Made by a program: the position numbers and the translations under genes
Notes under the pieces: generated by a model
What the model was told of the DNA's origin: nothing
What the model saw: only the letters and a program-made list of their open reading frames with translations
Database searches by the model: none
Shown here: positions 1-9,584 of the stretch, piece by piece
Numbering within the stretch: the first letter of the stretch is position 1
How the letters are laid out: the number at the start of each line of letters is the position of its first letter
IMG/VR virus record: IMGVR_UViG_3300032285_001029
Location: 32,001-96,000 of that record
Source: a virus
Length of the DNA: 64,000 nt
Strand: one strand, 5' to 3'

Positions 1-298
1 GAACAACTACGCAGTGTAGTGGAAGATTACAACTCTCGCTAATCGCTGCACGTATTTGTGTGCTAGTTGCTGGATATGACGTAACTATATCAAATAATGT
101 TACGCTAATATTCTTGTGATCAGGAAAATCTGAGTGATTTTCTGCAATTGGTAAACTTTTTCCAGAACTGCATTTTGCGCATTGAAACTGCGATAATGCT
201 GCCTGAATGTCCTTTGCAGTACACTTGCCATCTGCGATTTTAATCTTAAATTCGTAGATTCTGTGGCTTTCTTGTAAGTACGAGGTAAATGGTTTCAT
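1..298 (-). CDS. Hypothetical protein, runs off the window start; N-terminus resembles a capsid-targeting/prohead-protease-cleaved leader
   Basis: Not in ORF track. ATG at 298 reads MKPFTSYLQESHRIYEFKIKIADGKC... and is open to position 1. AGGA RBS and TAAATA (316-321) lie upstream. Confidence 0.75.
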   Translation of the reverse strand, partial: MKPFTSYLQESHRIYEFKIKIADGKCTAKDIQAALSQFQCAKCSSGKSLPIAENHSDFPDHKNISVTLFDIVTSYPATSTQIRAAISESCNLPLHCVVV

Positions 299-318
299 AA
301 GTCAATCCTATACTATAT

Positions 319-795
319 TTATTTCATATTCTTTAATTTTTCAAGTAGACTGTTGCGATCTGACACAACAAATCCTTCACCATTTACAGTAATACCCTTG
401 TCCTCTGTAACAGCATCTTGATCTAACTTTTGCTTTTTAAGCTGTAAATCGATCATTTTTAGCTTTTTATCGATTTTAGCTGACTTTGCATCTATAGCAT
501 TTTTTAACATTGCACCAGCTACTTCAAAGATTCGAGCACTATATCTTGCTTCTACATTCATACCTAAATCAATTAAATCGTCGTATGCATTCGTAGCTCG
601 CAGGGCTAGTTCATCAAATTCAGCATCTGCTAGATCTCCTAGTCCTTTTACTTGCGGTAAACTGGCTGAAATTTTATCAAATTCTGCCATGTCTCTAAGA
701 AAGGGTTCGGGTTTAGAAGGAGCAGAAGCCTTTTCTTCTGATTTAATAATTTTTTTACTTTCAGGTAAATTGAGTAATTCTTCAAGTTTTTTCAT
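319..795 (-). CDS. Putative terminase small subunit (gp16-like)
   Basis: 158 aa helical protein. RIFEVAGAMLKNAIDAK...IDLQLKKQKL and a C-terminal VVSDRNSLLEKLK resemble the T4-like small terminase pattern. Lies next to gp4. Confidence 0.5.
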   Translation of the reverse strand: MKKLEELLNLPESKKIIKSEEKASAPSKPEPFLRDMAEFDKISASLPQVKGLGDLADAEFDELALRATNAYDDLIDLGMNVEARYSARIFEVAGAMLKNAIDAKSAKIDKKLKMIDLQLKKQKLDQDAVTEDKGITVNGEGFVVSDRNSLLEKLKNMK

Positions 796-818
796 ATGTT
801 TACTTATCTAATCGTGGC

Positions 819-1247
819 CTAGTAGAACATGTCGTTTTCGTTGATTACTCTAAATTTGATACCTTGTTTGCTGCACCAAGCATTTGCACTAGCCCATTTA
901 GCCTGATTCTTTACAAATTGTGCTTGATTATACTTGTTTTTTCCTACACGTTCTAAAATAGTTTGACTAGCAGGCTTAATTTCAATTAGCTCTACGTGCA
1001 TTTTGCCAAATTTATCGGCATATTGAATAAAAAAATCAGGAACGTATACAGTTTGTTTTCCTGTTAAAGGATCTCTATAAGGAATTTGAACAGCTTCGCT
1101 AGCCCATTTATGTACATTCTCATTGGTATCGCAGAATCGCATAAAGCTTAACTCCCAACTACTGCGATATGTGGGAATTTTGGTTCCTACATACTTTTCT
1201 GGACGAGTAATTGTAAATCTGCCTTTTGCGAACTTTCTGCTAGCCAT
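819..1247 (-). CDS. gp4: Head completion nuclease (T4 gp4-like, TnsA-type PD-(D/E)xK fold)
   Basis: KYVG...YRSSWELSFMRFCD...WASE...IPY...YVPDF...IEIKP...NQAKW motifs. Confidence 0.9.
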   Translation of the reverse strand: MASRKFAKGRFTITRPEKYVGTKIPTYRSSWELSFMRFCDTNENVHKWASEAVQIPYRDPLTGKQTVYVPDFFIQYADKFGKMHVELIEIKPASQTILERVGKNKYNQAQFVKNQAKWASANAWCSKQGIKFRVINENDMFY

Positions 1248-1612
1248 TATATAAGAATATTTCGCGATTCGAATGTGTCAACCGTAGGGTTAATTCTGTA
1301 ACCTAATAAACTAGTTTTTTCTCTGTAAGAATTTAAAACCTGAGCTACGACTTGACTTAATTGTATATTTGTTAAGATTTTTAGCGAATCTATAAGAGCC
1401 ATTACATTTACATTATCTAGTCTTGCTTGATTTAATAAGATTATAGATACTGTTCTAGCACTTTCTGTACTAAACCCTTGTTTAATAAAAAATCCAACTA
1501 CTGCATCTATTTGTCCGGCAGGAAAAGATAGCTGATTTTGAAAATATTTGTCAAAAAAATCTTTAACTTCTGTATGTCCAGTTGTTTGAGTTGTAGGTAA
1601 ATTACCGATCAT
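1247..1612 (-). CDS. Hypothetical protein (probably virion-associated)
   Basis: 121 aa ORF, translationally coupled to gp4 (1-nt overlap). Confidence 0.7.
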   Translation of the reverse strand: MIGNLPTTQTTGHTEVKDFFDKYFQNQLSFPAGQIDAVVGFFIKQGFSTESARTVSIILLNQARLDNVNVMALIDSLKILTNIQLSQVVAQVLNSYREKTSLLGYRINPTVDTFESRNILI

Positions 1613-1627
1613 ATTTAGGCCATAAAA

Positions 1628-2611
1628 TTAAATTGGTTTTGCAATCACTGTCGCACCGCTGATACTAGCTGTTGGGAATGCAACATTTGAAATGCCGCTA
1701 ACATTTGATACAAGTGTGTTAGATGTACTAGTAACAATATTGTTTACATTATCTATGACAGTTTTTGTATTTTGATATGTATTAACAGTATCGATTAAAT
1801 TTCCTAAAAAACTAGTAGAATTATCTTTTATTTTAGAAGTAGAAACAAAACTAGCAGGTTGACGTCCGTCTTGATTAATACCCGACAGTGTACTTGGGGT
1901 TTGATCATAATGCTCTAACCCAAATCCTTCAGGTGTGCCGGCAGTAACATTTCCATAACTATAAGATACTGCTTCGTAAGCAATAGTCATATTATTGTCA
2001 TGTACATCGTTGGTACTGTAAGATACTTTGTTATGATTCCAAGCTGTGATAATTGGGTTGTGTAGTTTATAACAGACATATTCATGTCTTGCCATTTGAT
2101 ACATTTTAATATAAGTAAAAAACGGAGTTGTACTACCGTTATCTAAACCGTATGTGCCTGTAGTATATGCAAAACTTCTTGTAGCAGTTCTGTTATATGC
2201 ACCTGGTTTTGTTGCACTTGTAGGATCTGCATAGTAATAACTATAATAATTATTCCATAAATTATTAATTACACCTATGTTGTCATCGTGAAATACTATA
2301 TTCAGTGGTTTATACTCTTGTTTATATTGTATGTTCTTTTTTCTATTGTATTGATTAAGAGTTTCGATTTTAATTTCAAAGTTAGGCAAATCTGCACTTT
2401 TAACTAACATATTAATTTCGTTATTATGTACTTGTCCAAGACTAGGATCTCTAAGTGCAGCTTTGTTCAATCCAAATGCAAGGTGATAACTAAATTTCCA
2501 CTTTGGAGCTAATGCAAATTGCCCGTCAGTAAAGAGTCTAGCTGCATGTTGATAATCATGCAAGACTTGGTTTGATACTTGAGATAAGTTTCTATTAGGT
2601 GTGAATGGCAT
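1628..2611 (-). CDS. Tail-tube-like / baseplate tube initiator (gp19/gp54-like)
   Basis: LVKSADLP...NQYNRK...YKPLNIVFHDD...MTIAYE tube-fold pattern; immediately downstream of the tube gene. Confidence 0.65.
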   Translation of the reverse strand: MPFTPNRNLSQVSNQVLHDYQHAARLFTDGQFALAPKWKFSYHLAFGLNKAALRDPSLGQVHNNEINMLVKSADLPNFEIKIETLNQYNRKKNIQYKQEYKPLNIVFHDDNIGVINNLWNNYYSYYYADPTSATKPGAYNRTATRSFAYTTGTYGLDNGSTTPFFTYIKMYQMARHEYVCYKLHNPIITAWNHNKVSYSTNDVHDNNMTIAYEAVSYSYGNVTAGTPEGFGLEHYDQTPSTLSGINQDGRQPASFVSTSKIKDNSTSFLGNLIDTVNTYQNTKTVIDNVNNIVTSTSNTLVSNVSGISNVAFPTASISGATVIAKPI

Positions 2612-2615
2612 ACCG

Positions 2616-2622
2616 TATTTAT
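2616..2622 (-). promoter_or_regulatory. T4-type late promoter (ATAAATA)
   Basis: ATAAATA 4 nt before the ATG at 2611. Confidence 0.65.
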
Positions 2623-2658
2623 CAATTTAATAAACTGGGTAGTTTATGAAACCCTATT

Positions 2659-2684
2659 AAAAAACCCACCGAAGTGGGTTTTTA
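2659..2684 (-). terminator. Rho-independent terminator with cUUCGg tetraloop
   Basis: Minus strand AAAAACCCAC-TTCG-GTGGGTTTTTT directly after the tube gene stop. Confidence 0.9.
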
Positions 2685-2685
2685 T

Positions 2686-3306
2686 TTAAATACCGCCACC
2701 TGTTGCATTTGTTAATGCAGTTCGAGTCGTCGAAGGTGCTGCACCTCCTGTGACTTCTAAACAATTATCGACTTGTATTGTTAGATCAATAGTTACTGGA
2801 TCCATGGTTGAGTATTTTAGATCACCGTACGCAACGTCTTGTAAATAGCAGCCATAACACTCCCATGTTTCTAAGACATTTGGAGCAAATGCACCGTTAC
2901 CGCCATCTAACATTTCGATACGCATCGTGAACTTGTAATCACCACCACTAGCTGCTGAACTTTGTTCAAAGAAGTCAAATTGTTTTTGGATTTGTTCCCC
3001 GACTAGTTTACTAACTGCTCCAGACACATCGTCTCGAAGTACAACTTTAATTGATCCCCAAGATGGTTTTCCAGCTAAGTTGACTTTTGAGTTGTATACA
3101 TCAATAACTTTATTTTCAAAAGTTACCTTTGGACGACCAGCATCTTGAACTTGTTTGGTCAATTCAGTTGTAGGAGTTGATGTGCCGAAGTTTTCAAAGT
3201 TAATTCTAAAACGATATTTTAACTTCGGCATTAACAAGCCTTGGGTACTAGCACTTTGATCCGATGCTAGTGGTACTGTAAATTTACTTAATGATGAAAT
3301 AGCCAT
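2686..3306 (-). CDS. gp19: Tail tube protein
   Basis: PKLKYRFR...RPKVTFE...AGKPSW...LRDD...WECYGCY...LTIQVD; directly follows the sheath gene. Confidence 0.85.
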   Translation of the reverse strand: MAISSLSKFTVPLASDQSASTQGLLMPKLKYRFRINFENFGTSTPTTELTKQVQDAGRPKVTFENKVIDVYNSKVNLAGKPSWGSIKVVLRDDVSGAVSKLVGEQIQKQFDFFEQSSAASGGDYKFTMRIEMLDGGNGAFAPNVLETWECYGCYLQDVAYGDLKYSTMDPVTIDLTIQVDNCLEVTGGAAPSTTRTALTNATGGGI

Positions 3307-3318
3307 TTTTAAACTCCG

Positions 3319-6300
3319 TTATGCTGTTAATGCAGCAGTTGCACCGCCTAGTTGTGCAATTTCACCAGTATTTCTTAAGCGAATTGGAATATAGATAAAT
3401 TCTGCTGCTTTAACTGGTTCAACAGCAATATCTAAATGCAGTTCGCTCTTGTCAATAGTTGCTGGTGTGTTGTTAACAGTATCACAAACAGTGATAAAGT
3501 CATAAATTGCACGTTGACCTACTAATTCTAATAACAAGGTATCAGCTTGTTGTTTAATTTCATTACGTGTAATTGTATCGTTTGGTTCAAACACATACGG
3601 TTTTGCCAATTGATTAAATATTCGACGTAAGTAAATGACTAAACGTGCAACATTTACTCGATCCAATGAACTAGCTATTAATTGTCGTGTATATTGTCCG
3701 TATGCTACGATTCCTGTACCTGAAATATAGGTAATTGGATTTACATGGATTGAAGCTAGTGTATCCCTTTGCCCAGTGTTTAATGCCACAGATTGAAATT
3801 CACCTTCTGTAGTAATATAACCCGCTGCACTAGCATTAGTAATATGTCCACGGCGTGTACCAGCCGGTGCAAACCAAGGATAACTTACATTATCGCTTAA
3901 AGATATAGTTTTTAACATCATATGACTTGGCGGTACTGCGATATTTCTTCCATTATTGTCAACAGTATAGCCCCATGGGTAATATACACCTAAATACGGA
4001 TCTGTAGTTACCAGACCTGCATCTCCGTCAACTAATGCTTTAGCTTTGTTATTACCCCAGTTGTTTAAAGTTGTTGCATCTGGGGTTAATCGTGCAGGAG
4101 TATCTCCAACAACAAATGCATCTAATCCTCTATCATAATTTAATGCCACTAGTTCTGGGATACATTCAGGATAGCCTGGTGCTGCTAATAAATTAATTAT
4201 TAGACTTTCTTCGTCTCTAATATATTGATTGCTTGTCAACAATGCATTCATTGCTTGTATGACAACTTGTCTTTGAGACTTACGCCCAAATGATCCGGCA
4301 CCATCTTCTTGATTAGCAGCTACACTGACCCAGCGATTCGGGTAATAATCGGACATTGGCTCATCATTGTTGAAACGAGGATTACGATCTAAAACATTTA
4401 CGTAGTTTTTAACATAATGTTTAACGTTATTGCTGCTGCGACGTAAATTGTATAGCATCATGCCACGTGGATATAATGCTGGGTCTGGGCAATCAAAATC
4501 TACAAAATCGCTCGTTAATAAACTAACGATACTTGCAGGATCTGCACCTTGACCGTTTGTATTCCAACGTGCATCATGGAATACAATACCTGATTCAGTT
4601 GTTTGATCCGACTTATCAACTAATACCCATAGTTTAGTTAATGAATTATACTTGTAAAGTACAGGGAAATTTTCTAAATCTCCAGTATCGATCCATAGAT
4701 CGCCAGTTTGTAAGCTAGTACCATCAGACTGTTTAGTTGGTTCTGTTGCTGAAATAATTGGACCGTTTGGATCTGTTTGTACTGTATCATCATTATCATA
4801 ATACGGCGAAGTTAAACTGAGATAACCAACCCATTTTGACCCATCGTTAATCATGATATCTACATCGTGTACATTGCTATCATACCATAATGTCTGATCT
4901 GCAGGTGTTGTAGTAGGTGCACTGCTGCTTGGGATGATAGTTGCCGCATTCCATAAACTAGCAACAAAGTGACCTGTTACACCTTTTGGATCATTGTAAT
5001 AATTGTCAGTTGAATCAACTGCAAATAATGCTGTCAATGGATTACCTGTTCCGTCGACTAAGTTAATTTCGCCACCTTGTTTATGACTAATTGTGATAAC
5101 ATTAGTCGAAGTATTTAGGTTAGTAATTATGTTAGAGTCTACTGGAAGTGCTGCAGTCAATGCTGCTAGAAATGCATTTGCATTTCCTGTAGCAACGCCT
5201 GTTCCTGTAGCTGCTGTAAAGCTGACTTCAATCGGATCTGTCATCGATGCACTGCCTGCATCAGATTCACTAATCATAAATTCGTTACTGCCATTTGCAA
5301 ATGTGCCGTCTCCGATTACTCCGGACACAATACTTGTAGGACCAGATGATGTGCGCTCATAAATTTTGAAGTCGGCCATTTGAGTATTACCTTCGTCGCC
5401 GTTGTATTTGATGTACAATGCGCCTTTGGCAAGATTTAATCCGCCGCCCTTAGGATCAAGTTTTGACAATGCAGTTGTATTATCACTGTATAAATTAGTT
5501 AAGAATGTAGTCCAAGCAGCAGTTGTACTATTATATTTCTTAATAATCCAGTTTGCTCCATAGTTAGGACTAGTTGATTTAACCCAGATACTACCTGTTG
5601 GATAACCGTTTGGATATTGACTGGAAACTCCGTATAAAGGAATTTGTGTATGTGGTTGAATTGTTAACTTAGGAGCCAGATAACTTGCTTCAGCTAGGCC
5701 GACTGCTGCAGCGGCTGTTCCACTTAAAGTAACAGTATTACCTGTTGAAAAGATATTAATAAAACCTTTGATAACTGCTGCTGTGATACCATCACCAGTA
5801 ATAGCTGTAGTATTATTAATTGCACTAACTAGTTCATTTAATGTTGTTGCTGCTTCTACACCGGTTACACTATGACTATTGATAGATAGTGTGTTTGAAT
5901 TCAATGTTACGCTACCGGTTGGTGTTGTTCCTACTGCAGTAGGCCAACTTGCTACCCAGTCAGAAGAACCTACTTCCACCCAAGAACCTGCTGGATGTGC
6001 TACACTACCAGTTTCGGGTTTTTTATACCATAACACATTTAAATCTGTAACAGCAACTAATGCATAACTACCGATTGCTCCGAAACTCTTTGCAGGTGAA
6101 TAATCAGATGCTGAGAAATTATTTACAAGCAGAGTGTCTGTAATTACTGATACTGATTTTACTTTGAATGACTGTCCACCTGATAGTGCGCTCCCGGCTT
6201 GCCATTCAAAGACGCCGTATTGTGAATCAGCAGTATCGAACCAAATAGTACCATCCTCTGGTGATCCGGCTGGAATAGTTGTTGTTTCTTTTAAAGAATT

Positions 6301-6651
6301 TAAATCTACGTCCGCTCTTACGACGTATGCGCGATTGCTTACACCTAATAAACTATAAGCGGCTTGTAAACCATATTCACTAACTTCGCTTGCGTGTACT
6401 GGATTGTTGCTAGCGTCTGTTTGAAAATATGGGACACCGAAGTTATCGCTTAAATCTTTTTGACTTGTTAGCAAATATACCTTTCCTGCATTTTTAGCTA
6501 GTGTACCAGGTGCTATACCTGTTCCGGCAGCATTTGATTTATTTTCTGCTGAAGCTACAATGATTAAAGGTACAGTGCCTGGAGCATTAGCAACGTAAAA
6601 ACTTTCATCTTTAACTGTTACGCTAACACCCGGTGAATTTAATGTGGCCAT
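3319..6651 (-). CDS. gp18: Tail sheath protein, enlarged (~1110 aa)
   Basis: N-terminal LNSPGVSVTVKDES; C-terminal YPWFAPAGTRRG, LDRVNVARL, FEPND, EPVKAAEFIYIP. Start moved from 6723 to ATG 6651, which has a GGAG RBS and lies downstream of the late promoter. Confidence 0.95.
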   Translation of the reverse strand: MATLNSPGVSVTVKDESFYVANAPGTVPLIIVASAENKSNAAGTGIAPGTLAKNAGKVYLLTSQKDLSDNFGVPYFQTDASNNPVHASEVSEYGLQAAYSLLGVSNRAYVVRADVDLNSLKETTTIPAGSPEDGTIWFDTADSQYGVFEWQAGSALSGGQSFKVKSVSVITDTLLVNNFSASDYSPAKSFGAIGSYALVAVTDLNVLWYKKPETGSVAHPAGSWVEVGSSDWVASWPTAVGTTPTGSVTLNSNTLSINSHSVTGVEAATTLNELVSAINNTTAITGDGITAAVIKGFINIFSTGNTVTLSGTAAAAVGLAEASYLAPKLTIQPHTQIPLYGVSSQYPNGYPTGSIWVKSTSPNYGANWIIKKYNSTTAAWTTFLTNLYSDNTTALSKLDPKGGGLNLAKGALYIKYNGDEGNTQMADFKIYERTSSGPTSIVSGVIGDGTFANGSNEFMISESDAGSASMTDPIEVSFTAATGTGVATGNANAFLAALTAALPVDSNIITNLNTSTNVITISHKQGGEINLVDGTGNPLTALFAVDSTDNYYNDPKGVTGHFVASLWNAATIIPSSSAPTTTPADQTLWYDSNVHDVDIMINDGSKWVGYLSLTSPYYDNDDTVQTDPNGPIISATEPTKQSDGTSLQTGDLWIDTGDLENFPVLYKYNSLTKLWVLVDKSDQTTESGIVFHDARWNTNGQGADPASIVSLLTSDFVDFDCPDPALYPRGMMLYNLRRSSNNVKHYVKNYVNVLDRNPRFNNDEPMSDYYPNRWVSVAANQEDGAGSFGRKSQRQVVIQAMNALLTSNQYIRDEESLIINLLAAPGYPECIPELVALNYDRGLDAFVVGDTPARLTPDATTLNNWGNNKAKALVDGDAGLVTTDPYLGVYYPWGYTVDNNGRNIAVPPSHMMLKTISLSDNVSYPWFAPAGTRRGHITNASAAGYITTEGEFQSVALNTGQRDTLASIHVNPITYISGTGIVAYGQYTRQLIASSLDRVNVARLVIYLRRIFNQLAKPYVFEPNDTITRNEIKQQADTLLLELVGQRAIYDFITVCDTVNNTPATIDKSELHLDIAVEPVKAAEFIYIPIRLRNTGEIAQLGGATAALTA

Positions 6652-6683
6652 TCTGTGCTCTCCATGAATACAAATTGTTAATG

Positions 6684-6691
6684 TATTTATA
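6684..6691 (-). promoter_or_regulatory. T4-type late promoter TATAAATA (sheath-tube operon)
   Basis: Exact T4 late consensus 32 nt upstream of the sheath ATG. Confidence 0.85.
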
Positions 6692-6759
6692 GTATTTTGG
6701 GTTTTCCTACGGGTAATAAGCAATCGAAAAGGGATAAAAAAGGTTCAATTAAATACAGT

Positions 6760-7089
6760 ATGAGACCTTTATGTAAATGTGGACGTAGACCTGCTGCTGT
6801 TAACTACTATAAAGAAGGCAAACCATACTACAGAAAACTGTGCGAGGCTTGCCTTAAAGGTAATAGTTCGAATCCAAGATGGCAGCGATCTGGTTATGTT
6901 ATGAAAAATACTTGCGATAAATGCGGGTTTAAATCACCATACCCGGAAGTTTTTGCAGTATTTCATGTAGACGGCGATTTGAATAACTGTAAACTAACTA
7001 ACTTAAAAACAGTCTGTGCTAACTGCCAAAGAACACTACATAGAGATGGTGCTAAGTGGCGTCAGGGAGATCTAGTCCCTGACTTATAA
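6760..7089 (+). CDS. Zn-binding HNH-like protein
   Basis: MRPLCKCG...CEAC...CDKC...VFHVDGDLNNC...NLKTVCANCQR. Start moved to ATG 6760, 4 nt after TAAATA at 6750-6755. Confidence 0.7.
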   Translation: MRPLCKCGRRPAAVNYYKEGKPYYRKLCEACLKGNSSNPRWQRSGYVMKNTCDKCGFKSPYPEVFAVFHVDGDLNNCKLTNLKTVCANCQRTLHRDGAKWRQGDLVPDL

Positions 7090-7723
7090 GTAGTGCATTA
7101 ACCTGATCGTATAGGCTATCTAAATCAGTGTTGTTATCTAATACTGCATCAAACTTACTTCCCACCCATGCTGTTTCGCTATCATGAATATTAAGTTTAG
7201 ACATTCTGTCTTTGGATAAGGCCCATCCTATATATTTTGGTCCGCGATTAACTGCTTGTGCATCTTGATACCAATCAGGCTCGGGGCCACGAACAACACG
7301 GATTACTATGCCTCCGGCATTTTTGATACTCTTAATCTCATTCGGAAATCTACAATCAGATATAACAATATTATCCTGACTGGCACGTAATTTATTTTCT
7401 AAACTGGCAATCCATATATCGTCATGAAACCCTTGTCTGCAGACTTCTGTACCCCAGTATTGTAAAATCCATCTTGGAGTGAGATTAGGCATTTTTAATC
7501 GTTCTGCCCACCATGGATCAACTTGGTCACGCCACTCTCTGCTTTGTTTGGTACGCCCTTCTAGCATAGTGCGATCCCAACCAAAGACTTGACTTACTGC
7601 ATCTTTCAAACTGTTAGCAAAACTTTCTCGTCGAAATCCATGAAAGTTAGTTAAGTAATCAGCGATAGTATCTTTACCGCTACCAATAAATCCACAAATT
7701 CCAATAATGATAGGTTTAGCCAC
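7052..7723 (-). CDS. gp1: Deoxynucleoside monophosphate kinase (T4 gp1-like)
   Basis: IIGICGFIGSGKDT P-loop, SFANSLKD, TPRWILQYWGTE, ISDCRFPNE, HDSE motifs. Confidence 0.92.
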   Translation of the reverse strand: MAKPIIIGICGFIGSGKDTIADYLTNFHGFRRESFANSLKDAVSQVFGWDRTMLEGRTKQSREWRDQVDPWWAERLKMPNLTPRWILQYWGTEVCRQGFHDDIWIASLENKLRASQDNIVISDCRFPNEIKSIKNAGGIVIRVVRGPEPDWYQDAQAVNRGPKYIGWALSKDRMSKLNIHDSETAWVGSKFDAVLDNNTDLDSLYDQVNALLISQGLDLPDAT

Positions 7724-7747
7724 AGGTTATCCTTTGAAGGGTTGTAT

Positions 7748-7776
7748 ATAGTAACACACAAGTTGTAATAATGCAA
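7748..7776 (-). promoter_or_regulatory. Sigma70-type promoter for the dNMP kinase gene
   Basis: Minus strand TTGCAT-17 nt-TACTAT with extended TGn; AAAGGA RBS before the GTG start. Confidence 0.6.
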
Positions 7777-7786
7777 TAACTTTTGA

Positions 7787-8770
7787 TTAGTAGGAAGGAT
7801 ACCACTTTTGTGTACTACTGTCGTAAGTCATTATTAATGCTTTATTTACAACTGCTGTGGTACCTAGTGCAATATTTCCTGCAGTATTAGTGAAGAATAC
7901 GCCTAAAGGAATAAGTGTGATTTGCCCACCGGAAAGTGCAATCAGTGGATGGGGTGTGATAGTATTGATAACTTGTGTGCCGCTGATAAAAGTTATCGGT
8001 GCTGTTGGTGCAATAGTAGGTCCGCTGGATATTGTAGGTGCGGTTGTGCTTGTAGCAAATATTTTATAAACTGCTTGACTGGCAAATGTTATTTTGCCTC
8101 CATTAGCACTGCCAATGTTAACATTAGTAGTGCTAAATGCACCACCACCCGTACCTATATTAATAGTTTTGGTAGCTAACGCAGCTACAGGTCCTGTAGA
8201 AATATTTGTAGTACTAGCAAGAGATCCAACATTCCCTAGCGTTAATGTTAACACACTACCAAATGCTTGAAAAGTCGTAGTACCGTCTATGCTACTATTA
8301 AAGATCGGGTCTGTCGAAGTGATAAAGGTTGTACCAGTACCTGATTGACTAGTAATCGATGTTGTATTACCAACACTGGTTATAACTCCATTTAAATTGG
8401 CATTTGTAGTTACAGTATTAGCATTGCCAGCTAAATCTGCATTAATAGGAGTAGATACTGTTAGTGCTGCCAACGTTCCAACATTAGTTAAACTTGAATT
8501 AACAATTGTTGCTGCTAGCGTATTACCAGTAAGTACATCACCTGACACAGTAATATTAATACTTGCTGATCCGTCAAATCCGATGCCATTAATATAAACA
8601 GGACTAGCTAATTTAGTAGCAGTTGCACTGTTACCTGCTTGAATATATGATGCTAATGCGTCTGTACTGGTCTGTTTGCTTTCAGGTGTGCCACTAATGT
8701 CGGTAACAGCAAATATTTCTGTACCTGTAATAGTAGATAATAATGGTAACTCTGTAAATTTAATTGACAT
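7787..8770 (-). CDS. Fibre-like virion protein (possible collar/whisker)
   Basis: Thr/Gly-rich; GNSATATKLASPVYINGIGFDGSASINI tail-fibre repeat; co-transcribed with the neck gene. Confidence 0.6.
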   Translation of the reverse strand: MSIKFTELPLLSTITGTEIFAVTDISGTPESKQTSTDALASYIQAGNSATATKLASPVYINGIGFDGSASINITVSGDVLTGNTLAATIVNSSLTNVGTLAALTVSTPINADLAGNANTVTTNANLNGVITSVGNTTSITSQSGTGTTFITSTDPIFNSSIDGTTTFQAFGSVLTLTLGNVGSLASTTNISTGPVAALATKTINIGTGGGAFSTTNVNIGSANGGKITFASQAVYKIFATSTTAPTISSGPTIAPTAPITFISGTQVINTITPHPLIALSGGQITLIPLGVFFTNTAGNIALGTTAVVNKALIMTYDSSTQKWYPSY

Positions 8771-8772
8771 GT

Positions 8773-9540
8773 TTAACCAATTACAAATGTATAAGGAATA
8801 CCGCCTGGGATTAAATTATCGAGTTCTTTTTCTAGCTTGTCTATTTCAGCTTGAGCTTCTGTTTTAAGCGCAGAACCGTTCAGTTGTATACCAGCCTGGG
8901 GGCCAGCAATACTTGAAAATTTACTACGTGCTTCACCTAACATCATTTTAGCAGTAGCTAAACTATAGTCGTATAACCATTGTTTTGCATAGATATCGGA
9001 TAGTAAAACAAAGTCAGGACGATAGTTATAAGTTCTTATTAAAATCTGTTCGCCATTTGCAAACGGACGCTGTAATATGGTCAATATGTGATTACTTTGG
9101 CGCCAATTAAATTCAATATAACTACCAAACATACGACCCACTAATTTTTGATATCCTGCAAATAAATCGTAAGTTGCAAGACCGCCCATCATCGTACCAC
9201 TTAATAGATAGGTATTAGTATAAGCTAAGTTAAATGGCTCAAATAGTGTTCCGCCTGATCCAAGTCCTGAGCGAGAGCCGACTGATCGTCTGAACACTTG
9301 ACGAACTTCAACAACTTCATCCGGAAGTCTGTACTCGTTTTGATCTTGTACCAGTTCTAAAAACATGTAAGATTCTTCTACACTATTTGAACTACGCTGT
9401 CTAAATCGATTAATTGCACGAGTTAAGGCTGTTTCTAAGTGTTTAGGATCCAGCTCAACTTCGACCATACCGTCGGCCAGCATAGTTCGTATGTAATCAA
9501 ATACTTTGCTGCGTTCAATCATGCTTGTGTTTTCGGACAT
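8773..9540 (-). CDS. gp13: Neck protein (gp13-like)
   Basis: YIRTMLADGMVEVELD...WLYDYSLATAKMMLGEARSKF...GIQLNG...FVIG. Start set at MSENTS (9540), which has a GGAG RBS. Confidence 0.85.
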   Translation of the reverse strand: MSENTSMIERSKVFDYIRTMLADGMVEVELDPKHLETALTRAINRFRQRSSNSVEESYMFLELVQDQNEYRLPDEVVEVRQVFRRSVGSRSGLGSGGTLFEPFNLAYTNTYLLSGTMMGGLATYDLFAGYQKLVGRMFGSYIEFNWRQSNHILTILQRPFANGEQILIRTYNYRPDFVLLSDIYAKQWLYDYSLATAKMMLGEARSKFSSIAGPQAGIQLNGSALKTEAQAEIDKLEKELDNLIPGGIPYTFVIG

Positions 9541-9556
9541 AATTCGTTCTCCATTC

Positions 9557-9578
9557 ATATTTATCTAGCGATAAATAT
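9557..9578. promoter_or_regulatory. Back-to-back late promoters forming a palindrome
   Basis: ATATTTATC-TAGC-GATAAATAT gives ATAAATA on each strand, pointing at gp13 (minus) and gp14 (plus). Confidence 0.75.
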
Positions 9579-9584
9579 ATGACT

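Noticed and set aside
6652-6723. ORF-track N-terminal extensions (sheath 6723; also 6697, 9558, 47880)
   Set aside because: These starts lie upstream of or within the promoter/leader. Downstream ATGs have an RBS or promoter support and family-typical N-termini.
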